A stretch of 64,000 bases of DNA, from contig LSRY02000033.1 in NCBI GenBank assembly GCA_001643675.2, positions 124,001-188,000 on the forward strand. Direction: 5' to 3'. The notes beneath the pieces were generated by a model. It made no database searches and was not told where the DNA came from. It saw only the letters and a program-made list of their open reading frames with translations. Below are positions 26,955 through 37,781 of this stretch, one piece after another. The stretch comes from Monocercomonoides exilis PA203 (taxonomy: Eukaryota > Protista > Preaxostyla). The position numbers and the translations under genes are program-made. Position 1 is the first letter of the stretch. Each line of letters starts with the position of its first letter.

Positions 26955-27061
26955 TTTTTCTTTTTTTCTTTTTTTCTTTTTTTCTTTTTTTCTTTCTTTC
27001 TTTTTTCTTTTTTTCTTTTTTCTTTCTTTCTTTCTTTCTTTCTTTCTTTTTTTCTTTTTTT
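26955..27061. repeat. Polypyrimidine low-complexity tract (T-runs, TTTC repeats)
   Basis: Directly visible. Confidence 0.8.
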
Positions 27062-27701
27062 GCACAAATCAAAACGACATTACGCCTCAAATAACTTAAT
27101 GAAAATTTTCACAAAGATTCAAAAAAAAAAAAAAAATAAAGAATAGTATTTATTTGAATACGCTTATGAAATAATTGCAAGATGTTTCAAGCATTACATG
27201 TATTTCCCAGTTACATCTTTTTCGAAGCATGAAAATAATCCAAAAAGTCTTGCACAAACAAATAGTATTTGCAAATAACTTTTATTTTCTTTGAATTAAT
27301 TATTTCCTCAATAACCAGCAAGTCTAGTTCCTGCTGCAAAAAAATAAAAATTAAATGATAAAAGCGAAACCATATTGCAAAATACATAAATAAACCAAAG
27401 TTTTTAACCAATAAAATAATAAGAACTTCAATAATAAATCCAAAACCAACAAAATATGAACAACAAAATTGATAACTCTCTAAAATGACAAAAACATTTG
27501 TTTCAATTACTAATCAACAAAATCACAGCAACAAATAACAAACTCTTTAACAGAATTGCAGTTGCAATTCTAATCACAAAACAGAAACACTTAAAAAAAC
27601 AAATAAAAAGATAATAATAATAACAATAATAATAACAATAAAAGAACAAAATGGAGAAGCACATGTATTGTTGATCTCCCATTCATTTGTCCATGTGCTG
27701 C

Positions 27702-30374
27702 TCAGACAAGCCACGAAAACGAACCCTTCCGCAGAATCTTTTCCCAAAGCACATGAATTTCGTGATTGACAGCAGGCTCCTTATAATCATTTTCATTTGC
27801 TCTATTCGCTGCCTTTTCCTCTTCTTCCTTCTTCTTTGCTTCCTCCTCTGCTCTTTTCTTTTCTGCTTCCTCTGCCTCTGCCTCTGTTTCTTTTTGATCC
27901 TCCTCATCGTAATGCTTGTTGATCTCATCGATTGCCGCACTCAGCTCAACAGGACTCAGCCCCCTTTGCGTCACCTCTATCAGCCTCTGATCTTTCTCTT
28001 TTTCTTGCATCTCCTTCGCTTTCGCCCTCGCCTCCTCCTTCTCCTTCTTCTCCAGCTCTGCTCGTTCTGCTTCCTCTTTTTCTTGCTTTTTCTTTCTCCG
28101 TTCATCTGCCCGTATTTCTTGCATTTCTCTGCCTCTCTTACACGGAGCTAATTTCTGCCACACAAACAACTCTTTCTTTAAGCCCAACCTTCGCTCAATC
28201 CACTGCACATCCCCTTTCACCAGATACAGCCCCAAGCAGAACGCCAAATACTCAATAAACAGCCACGCCAGCATCGGAACCAGCGACAGCATCATGTTTC
28301 TTTCCATCTTGTGCGCTCGCTCAATCAGCTCGTCGGTCACAACCACCGCTGACATGAACCGCTCTGCTCCTTCCCACGCCTCTCCGCTCGAAGTCGGCGG
28401 GTCAAACTTCCCAATCCCATCCAAGCACAGCGTCGGAATAAGCACAATGGCAATCCCAATCGCTGATCCAAACACAATCCCACAGTAACGCACACTCTTG
28501 CTGCATATCGTTTCGAAAATGGAAGCACCAGGTGGCTCCAAGTTGAATGCAAAAATATGCAGAGTGATGATTGCCAAGAACAGCGGAATGAAAGTAATTG
28601 TCCACGAGCTCGTGAAGTTGTCTGTTTGACCGTCCACATGCAGCAAGCATTCCAATCGCACACATTCGCATTCACACAAAAAGAACAAAATAAATAAATA
28701 AATAAATGAAATGAAATGAATAAAACATAATTTTTGTGCGAAACAGATACAATTATTTAAAAAATAAAATAAATAAAAACGAAATGCCTCTCTTCTCATT
28801 TTACTCGCACTCACCCATTCATTCACCTTCCTTTAATACTTTGCATACAGCACAGTTTCACAGAAAAGAACACCCACGCCAAAACGATTCCAACAAGAGA
28901 AATAATAAGCATGGACAAAGTGAAACAACAGTTATCTGGAAATCTTAGCCAGTAAAATTGAAAAACTCCCTCAAATAATACCCAAAAATAGAAAAACAAA
29001 AAATTGAACAAAAGAAGGTATAAAATTGTATCTGAGTTTGTTATCGGTCGCCCATCTTCTGTGAATTTTTGTGTGACTGTCTCTGTGTCTGCCACTTTTC
29101 TGAAAAGCACATCATTAGAAGTCTTATTTTCCATGACACTCCTTTGAGGATACGGTTTCGTCACTGGGCCATCAACCAAGCGATTGCGGATATCAAATAT
29201 GTGCCTGTCACCGTTCACAAAATTGTCAAGATTACTGCACAATAAGAAAAGTATCATAAAAAAGACTCCTGTCACTGTTGCATTTGCGGCAAACGAAATA
29301 CAAATATTCTTTCGCTTCGCCATACACATTATTAAGAAATACAAAAACAATATCAGCATCGCAATTGAAACACTGAAAAGGCCTTTTGACCGAGAAAGGC
29401 TGAACGAAAAAACCGATCTGGTGACTTTGTTCGTCAAAAGATTCGACACATGCCCATCATCAGCCAGCTTGTCGAAAACTGGCCCACGGATAAAATTCGT
29501 TGCGTAGAAGATGGCAAAGAAAAAGAAGAAAAGAAATAGCGCAAGAGACACCCACGTCAATGTGAATAGAATTAGACGTATCCATGGATGTTCTATCGTG
29601 TTTTTCAGATCAAATATATCCTTCCAGAAACCCTGCCTCTTCCCAAACAGCACTTCTGGAAAAGTCCCGTACAACCGAATGGTGTCCTTCCATCCTTTCG
29701 GGCTCAGACCAAATCGGGTCTTGTCCGCAACATCCTGAATGCAATTTAAAGCAAAATACAAATCAACAAATAAACAAAAACGAAAAGAAGCCCATCAAAA
29801 AGAGAGTCACCAGCTGCGCCTGCTCCGGCACAGCACAAAACACACACATCTGCATTGTTTGGATCGTACGTGTCCAGATCCTGGAACTCGTTCTGGCTCA
29901 TGTAGATGTTGTCTCTCAGCCGCGGCAGCTCCTCAACCACAATCTCGTGCCAGTGCCTGCATCCAGCCAAACCCCGTCAAAATTGCCCATGAAAAATATA
30001 AAAAATGCTTCACACTCTTCTGTGTCCAGCATCTCTCGGAAAAACTTCGATGTCCCCATCAGCCTCATTTTCGTTCTTGTGTCGCATTCCTTCAAAATCC
30101 TGCCAATTTTTCAAAACCTCAAAACCCAACTAAAAATCCCACACCGCTTCCATATGTCCATCGGCACTCCTGCACCACCCGCGTTCAAGCACAAACCGTC
30201 CGATAACCGCAAAACAGCAAAAAACAAAAAATGCACACTTTTCACATCCACCAGTCCACAATCCTCGTCTGACGAGCTGCTGGACGTCGGGTCTTCAATG
30301 TCTGTAACCATGGGAACCATCTCTCGGAACGCTCTCTCATTTCCTGTGTGGCCAAGCACTTCTGAAGATTTCAT
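27702..30374 (-). CDS. F-box + multipass membrane (TMEM185/Tmemb_185A-like) + C-terminal coiled-coil protein, ~719 aa, 6 exons
   Basis: Exons 30374-30239, 30169-30145, 30099-30016, 29956-29848, 29734-28849 and 28621-27702 splice at GT-AG with consistent phases (2160 nt total). The spliced N-terminus reads VKRVPMDIWKRILKECDTRTKMRLMGTSKFFREMLDTEEHW (F-box pattern), followed by ~8 hydrophobic segments with CSNLD, VKLCYNFTSSWTITFIPLF and TLCLDG motifs. Confidence 0.8.
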
Positions 30375-30728
30375 CGATCTGGTGAATAAATTGTTTTGCC
30401 AACTGATTCGCTGTTGCTCAACCAACCACATTCACTCATTTTGTTCACTGGTATTTCTGCACAATCTGGTGATATTATTGGAGTGTTTTTGTGCTTTTTC
30501 GAAGACAGCTGAAAAATATATTAAAGGTGCTTTCTCCAAAAAAATAATGACAAAAAGCCAACAGACTCGATGGCAGCGCAGCAGTCACAGGTGAGGATGG
30601 GCAGAGGAAGGGGAAAGGGCGGGGTGCAGACGTGAGGCGCAGACACGCACGCTAAAAAATTTTCTGCTTCAGTTTTGGAGCTCAGGCAAGAAGGACGGGG
30701 GCAGAAGACAGCACGCAGCGTTAACGAA

Positions 30729-33045
30729 ATGGCTTGCAGTTTTGGTGCATAATGCATTTGGGTTTCGTTTTCTTGTCCAGCGCCCATCCACCTGCAAGGC
30801 GAAAAAGGCTTGTTCGAAAGAAACGGGAGCAGTCTTCAGAGAAAAGAAAAAGGTTTGAGTGCTCGTTGCTGTCTGTGCGCTGCACGGCATGTTTGCAATT
30901 GATTCATATCATTTTGCTTTTTCACTCCTCGTTTTGCAATGCAATTCTGACTTTTTGGCAGACAAAGGCGACGAAGAGGAAGAGGATGAAGAGGAAGGCG
31001 ATGAAGAAGAATTCGGGAGCGAAACAGACGAGGACGAGAACTCGGAGGACGAGTTGGCTGAAGAAGAAAAGGGGCTGGAGGAGGGAGCGGAACAAGTAGA
31101 ATCTGAACAGGAGGGCATGGCTGATGAAAGCGCTGAGTTGGAGAGCAACCAGGAAGAGCCAATGGACCAGCTGGACGAGGACAATGAAGACGAAAATGTC
31201 GAGGAGGATGAATATGCTGGAGAGCGGTCAGATGGCAGCAGCGATGATGACGCTGAAATGAGCAGGAGTGACATGGAGGATTGGATGGCTGAGAGCGAGG
31301 AAGAGGAGGGTGTGGAGAGCGGAAAAGAGAGCGAAGAAGCTGAATACGCTGTGAGCAGCATGCAAGAGAAAAGAGAGGAAGCAAGTGACTGGGAGCCTGC
31401 TGTCTCATCTCCTTCTGAAGACAGGGTTCATCTTCAGCCAGTGACAACTTCAGAAGAGCTGAGGAGGGAGGGTTCTGTTGTGGATGAGAAAGGAAGGAGA
31501 GAGGCTGAGAAAAGCGATGCTAAGGCGTGTGATGAGGGTGCTGTAGCGACTTTGGGCAGCACGCAAAAGCAAAAGGGAAGGAGTGCAGCTGCATCATTTT
31601 TGATGTCTGTCCAACAACAGCAGAAGGTTCATCAACCACAACACCAGGAGGAGGAGGAAAGGGGAAGGCGACTGGAAGAGCACCATCAGCTGAAGTGGCT
31701 GAGAGTAGCGGGCTGGATGTGAAGCAGGAGGTGAGGAGGCTGAAGGCAAAGTTGGAGGAAAAAGAGGAAACGATCCTTCGTCTTCTGAAAGAGAAGAAGG
31801 AGAAGGCAGAGGAGATGGGGAAGGAGCGAGAGCTGGGCAAGAGCAGAGAAGAGTCAGCAGAGAGGAGCAGGGAAAGGGAGCGGGAACGAGAGAAGAGCAG
31901 GATTCGGGAGCTGGAGGAGGTGGTAAAGTGGAAGGAGTAGGAGGAGTGGAAGGAAGCAGTGAAAGAAGAGATAACCTGGCTGAAGAGCGTGATGAGAGGG
32001 ATGGAGGAAGAGAAGGAGGAGCTGGGAGCGAGGCTGCGAGAAGTGAAGAGGGGAGTGGAGGATCTGAAGAGGGAGAATGCGGCAACGGAAGAAAGGGCAG
32101 AGACAAAGGAGGAGGAGTTTGGAGAGAGAGCGGGAGGAGGAGGAGAAGCGGAGGATGGAGGCACGCCTGAAGGGGAAGATTGGAGAGATTGAGAAGGAAA
32201 GAGATCGGGATCGGCGGTGGAATGAGACAGCAGAAGAGGAGTGGAACAGCGAAAAGGAGGGATTGGAGGCAGAAATACGATCGCTGAAGCAGCAAGTGCA
32301 GACACTCCAACAACAGCAGCATTCCACTGAACACTCTTCTTCATCGCTCAAATACACAGCTGGAGAAGAAATCGCAAACAGAACGAGCCGGCCATCTGTT
32401 TATTTGAGGAGCGATCATCGGGCGAATGGGGCGTCCCGCACTTACAGCGAGGATCCTCCATCTGCTCTTTCTCCACCGCTTCAGGTTCAGCCATCAACAC
32501 ATTCACCCTCTTCTCAGCTGCCTTCTCGCTCTGTACAGCGCCTTTCGCCATCTTCTTCTGCCTCTTCTTCTTCTGCCTCTTCTTCTTCTGCCTCTTCTTC
32601 TTCTGCCTCTTCTTCTTCTGCCTCTTCTTCTTCTGCCTCTTCTTCTTCTGCCTCTTCTTCTTCTGCCTCTTCTTCTTCTGCCTCTTCTTCTTCTGCCTCT
32701 TCTTCTTCTGCCTCTTCTTCTTCTGCCTCTTCTTCTTCTGCCTCTTCTTCTTCTGCCTCTTCTTCTTCTGCCTCTTCTTCTTCTGCCTCTTCTTCTTCTG
32801 CCTCTTCTTCTTCTGCCTCTTCTTCTTCTGCCTCTTCTTCTTCTGCCTCTTCTTCTTCTGCCTCTTCTTCTTCTGCCTCTTCTTCTTCTGCCTCTTCTTC
32901 TTCTGCCTCTTCTTCTTCTGCCTCTTCTTCTTCTGCCTCTTCTTCTTCTGCCTCTTCTTCTTCTGCCTCTTCTTCTTCTGCCTCTTCTTTTTCTGCCTCT
33001 TCTTTTTCTGCCTCTTCTTCTTCTTCTTCCACATCATTTGGTTGA
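30729..33045 (+). pseudogene. Disrupted acidic + coiled-coil + Ser-rich gene
   Basis: Plausible ATG at 30729 with two introns leading into a D/E-rich exon. Coding character continues across a frameshift near the T-run at ~31600, an in-frame TAG at 31938-31940 (KWKE*EEWKEAV) and a second frameshift near 32110, ending in (SSSSA)n. Confidence 0.6.
32551..33015. repeat. 15-bp minisatellite (TCTTCTTCTGCCTCT) x31
   Basis: Near-perfect array; only the last two units carry a C>T change. Reads SSSAS on + and EEEEA on -. Confidence 0.95.
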
Positions 33046-33379
33046 ACCTCTTTCCATTCTGTATCTGTATCAGAGAAAAAGACAGATATGACGAAGAAAC
33101 GAAGAAATTGATGGTCGAAGAAAAGAAACGCATGCGTGTGAAATTCAAAGATTGTCAATGAAAGAAAAGAAAAAAGGTTCAAAAGCGAACGAAGAGAAAG
33201 AGAAAGAAGATTATGAACACGAGAGCGGGTAAAGAGGGAAGCCAGACAGAGAGGATTGAAGAAGTTCTTGATGATATTGGGTGATTTCATTAATTTCATG
33301 CAGATGCAGTTCTTTTAGCATTTTCTTCACAAAGGTTAGAATTATCAATAAATGGCAAAAAATGATTCAATTCCACACT

Positions 33380-33870
33380 GCAAGCATTTCAATATTGCTC
33401 AAAGCCAATAATGCTATTTCCACTTCTTTTTGAGCATCTTTGCTTTTTTCCTTGCTCAATGCAGCTTTCACAAGAAAAGGCACACAGGATGCAAAATCTT
33501 TCGCACCAAAATTAATTGTATTCACAAAGATCAATCAACAGTTTCATATCCTTTCTCTCTTTTTTCTTTCCCTCTTCGATAATCATCCTCTCAAATCCAT
33601 TCTTCAAAGACGAATCTGTAAAACAATGGAAGACTCTTATTTTTTCCCAGGCATTCTCATGTCCAATATGCTTCAGACACATCAGGGCTTTTTCGAATGG
33701 ATTGTTGTTCAATTCAATCGATATGTCAAATACTTTGAATTCTTCTTTCGAGAAAAATCACTTCAATTCTTCTTTGTACATGTTCTTCAGCCTTCCATTC
33801 ATTTCTTCTTTCAGCAGACTTTGCTCTTCTTCAGCAAAATGCATATCAGGAAACGTTTCTTATTATCAAA
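33380..33870 (-). pseudogene. Decayed 5' fragment of the helical orphan family, copy C
   Basis: Translates to EEMNG...KALMCLKHIGH...DSSLKNGFERMIIEEGKKKERKDMKLLIDLCEY...KDAQKEVEIALLALSNI with stops and a frameshift; matches copies A and B. Confidence 0.75.
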
Positions 33871-35153
33871 ATAAAAAACCAGAAGTTAATTGCAATCTCC
33901 GGTGGAAGAATGGCAAATGAAAAATATGCTGATAAAGTCCAGAGAAATTGGACCCCATGAAAAGGGATAGTTGCGTAATATTGAAGTGAATGCCACATTT
34001 TCATGAACTCCAAAACGATGGAAACATCGTTCTTTTATTCTTTCTTCTTGAAAACAGAGAATTCGAGAAAACATGAAAATTCATTTCCTGATCTGTCAAT
34101 GAAGTTTATCATTATCTTCAAAACAATTAATGCTCCTTTTCGACTTCGTTTGCATCTTTTCAATCTTCCTGTTTTTTCATAACTTTTTTTGTCCATATTC
34201 ATCATTATTTTTGTTTGTTTCTTCCTCTTTTCTGTTTGCCAGCTGTGCTTCTAACACTCCTTGTTTTCCTTCTCATATCAACAATCATTGCACACATTGA
34301 ATGTTTTCGTGAGGCTCACCGGTTGAATGTTCCGCGTTATTATCGTTCCCCTGGCAATTTCGATGAGCCACTGTGATCTATTCAGTGAAACAAGACGAAC
34401 CAGAGGAAGACTGGATAACATCTGTGAACGCTTTGTGAAGTGGACCTTTGAAGGGATCAACAGAACATCTGAAAAAACCGAATGGAGAACGATGGCAAAG
34501 GGTTTGACCAGCACCTGAAGACTTTATGGCCCAAGCAGATGCATCCAGGAGGGAAAAAACGAAAAATACAAAATGCTTTCTTCTTGTGAATATGGCTTGT
34601 ATTTGATTTTTTGTTTGTGGAGTAATTTTTTGCGTTTTTTCTTCTCTATAAATAAATAAATAAAAATTCATAATTAATTTGTCTATCAAAGGCATATCTC
34701 TTGCCTGTGATTGAGGTTTTCTTCGTCAACTCATGCACACACACATATCGTCAATTCTCTTCTCTTTCTCATTTTGTCATCTTCATCAAGCTCGTTGATG
34801 TTGATGTTTGATGGGAAATAAAGAAAGAATCTGAAAGAATATCGGATATCTTGCACGAGCGGAGAAGAGGATTGTGAAAAATGATTCCAGAACATCAAAA
34901 ACACCCAAATCTGCAGGTCAGCCGTGAGAAAGAGGCGAAATAGTCAATTCATTTGGAGATAGCTTTTGATGAAGAAAAGGAAACAACACAAATATCTGAA
35001 TATTTCTTTTTTTTCATTGCTTTGCCACATCTCAATGAAACGAAAACAATAAATTCATGAAGTTTAATATGAAGCCATTCACGATTATAAATTTTCAAAA
35101 AATATAAAAGACATTTTTTCTTTAAATTTCAAAATGGGAAACATTTCGTTTCC

Positions 35154-36601
35154 TCAAACATTCACATGATAATCAGAAACATTCAAAGATAATGCATCGC
35201 AAGAATATCTTTTGTTCAGAAAATTAAATCTTTCAAAAAAGCTCGTTATGCAATCTTCATAACCCTCTTCCTCCATCCTTTCAAACATCTCTTTTTTTGT
35301 TGCCTTTCTTTTCACCTCATCAACATCGTTATCTTTCTTTTCATTCAATCTTTTCAAAATATCTGATAAGAACCCGAAACTTCTCCACAATTTTACATCC
35401 TCCAATGTTGATTGCTGAAGATCCTCGCAAAAGATATCGAAAACACCTTCTTTCAGAAAATAACCAACACTTTCAGTTGCATTATTTGCAATTTCATTAA
35501 AAAATGAAAAGCATCTTTCACACAACATTTGCTCTTTCTCTCTTGATGCTCTGTACAGCTTGGCCACGAAACTTATCAGTTCGGCATATTCCTCTTTCCA
35601 CGATGTGATACACAAAAACAACTCTTCCGCCGTTTTTATCCACTTCCCCACAATTTCCTTCACTTCTTTCTTTCTTTTAGCCACTTCTTTTGTCTTCAGA
35701 TCCGCGCAACTTGACAGTTCTTCCAGTTCTCTTGTTGCCTCCGCGACAAAATGCAGCTCATTCGTAATAACATCTGCCAATGATCGATTGCTGCCCAGTC
35801 GTGCTATCAAAAACTCCCATGCAGAATGATAGGCAAGTCGCGTCAGATTCTGATGATCTTGATGATATTTGATAATCTCTTTGATTTCATTCAAATACAA
35901 TTTTTCAAGCACTCTCTCAAAAAAATGAGAGGGAATAATTAACGTTCAAAAGGAAACAGAAATGCCCAAACTTCACGGCCCACAATTTTACTCAAAGAAA
36001 GCAAAGCCATTTCCACTTCCTTTTGAGCTTCCTTGCATTCCTCTTTGTTCAACGCAACTTTCAGAAGACAGGGAACACAAATCGACAGCAATTCCGAAGA
36101 AAATCGGCTGTTAAGCGAAAGATAACATTCGCAAAGGCCAACAAGAAGATTTTCATTCCTTCTTTTTCTTTTCTTTTCTTCTTTAACAATCATCTTTTCA
36201 AATCTTCTGTTCAAAAAAGAATTTTTAAATTCGTTGAACAATGGATTCTTCAACATTTTCCAATACCCCACACGCTGCACCAACAAACATGCATTCTCAA
36301 TGGATAATCTCTTTCTTTCAACCATTTTGTCCATCCTGTCAAACAATTCTTTCGTGAAAATAGAATACACATCGCTATAAGCCATCTCACTCATAAGTCC
36401 ATTCATTTCAAAGATTTTCAATTTTTGTTCCCCTTCAGTGCCATTTTCCAGCTCAGAAAATAACTCTTATAAAAATATGAATATTTCTCGCATTTCACAG
36501 ATTTCAAATTCTAAAGGGAACGTGAGCAAACTGCCATACTTATCAATAAGGGACAATTCTTCGATTCCATCCCCGGCCTCGTCATCGGAGCCTGATTTCA
36601 T
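35154..36601 (-). CDS. Multicopy helical orphan-family protein, copy B (apparently intact, 2 introns)
   Basis: ATG 36601 (MKSGSDDEAGDGIEELSLIDKYG/KLFSELENGTEGEQKLKIFEMNG). ORFs 35939-36421 and 35154-35912 are joined by a short intron. Introns fall at positions equivalent to copy A. Confidence 0.85.
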
Positions 36602-37781
36602 TCTTGTTGTTTGAAAGGAAAGTTCATTTTGCAAAGCAAAGTGCTTCAAAAATCTTTTTTAGAAATAAGCTCAAACAATGTGTTGGCTTGGGGAAATGAA
36701 GTGGAAACAGTTTCAGCAACGCATGCCTTTCGGGAAGAACTGGACAAATTCTGGCCCATTCAAGATTATTAAGTCTATTTATTAAGGGTATTTTTTTTCC
36801 CAAATAAATTGATTTCAAATGTTTTGTAAAGAATTTTGAAAACTCTTAAACATAGATAATTATTGAAAACTTCAAAACTTCTTGAATTGTTGTTTGCGAG
36901 AAAATGAGACTTTTTCAATAAAGGAAGTTTTTTCCTAAAAATTAGTATATTTCCTAACTTTTGCAAGCCATAGAAAAAAATTATCATGTTTAATAATCTT
37001 CAAAGAAAACTATTTCTGCACAATAACATAAAACACAATTAAAAAAATTAAAAAAATTTTTTTATGTTCTTTGTTTCGATGTGGAGAATAAAAAACTTAA
37101 AAAAAAGTTTGCACAAGTTTAACAAAAACACACGATTAAAGATAAACAGAGGAGAAGTTCATTTTGAATGAAACACAATAATAAAACACGGGGAAAATAT
37201 GTGATATGAATAAAACGTAATAATATTAAACAAAAAAAAAAAAATTCAGAAAAATTCAGAAAAAATGCAAAAAACTTCAATAAACCATCAGTTTCCTTTT
37301 ATTTTTAAATAAAAACCAGAAACATAAAATTGCTGAGCACATACAGTCGATAAAGAAACAGTTATTTGAAATACTTGGAAAACAGAAAGGAATAATGGAA
37401 AAAGAATTTTTTTAAAAAAATCAAAAGAAAAAAACACTTTTTGGAAAAATACAAAATAATTGAAAGCCTTTAAAGAAAAATAACACAATGACAAAAGCAC
37501 TTGAATAATATATTTCCAAAATTTATTGGTTTAAAAATCAACTAAAAAAGGAAAAAATAAAGTTCATATCTTCAAAATGCAACACTATAAAGTTCTTTTT
37601 TTCTTCTTCTTTTTTCTTTTGTGAGTCATTTTCATTAAAGCACAATAATTATGTGTAATAAAAGTTTTGCTGAACTATTCTCTATCTGTTATCATTTCGC
37701 ACATAACAGATCATTCTTATTTTTTTTTAAAAAAAAAAGAAAACAGTCATCAAACATTCTCAACACAGTTTTTTAAGTTCT

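Noticed and set aside
28622-28826. 5' part of ORF 27702-28826, including an LLHVDG motif
   Set aside because: Falls within inferred intron 28848-28622; splicing gives VKLC/YNFTSSW instead.
31938-31940. In-frame TAG as evidence of TAR-to-Gln reassignment (as in some oxymonads) or readthrough
   Set aside because: The 19-kb exon has no in-frame TAR, other genes end at TAA (13345, 37782, 58625), and this locus also carries frameshifts.
32551-33015. CRISPR array
   Set aside because: No spacers; a pure tandem repeat in a eukaryotic context.
32348-33299. ORFs of (KKKRQ)n, (LLLPL)n and (EEEEA)n
   Set aside because: Stop-free frames of the minisatellite; no independent gene evidence.
34080-35000. 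Coding-like fragments between orphan copies C and B
   Set aside because: Short, stop-interrupted and unrecognisable.
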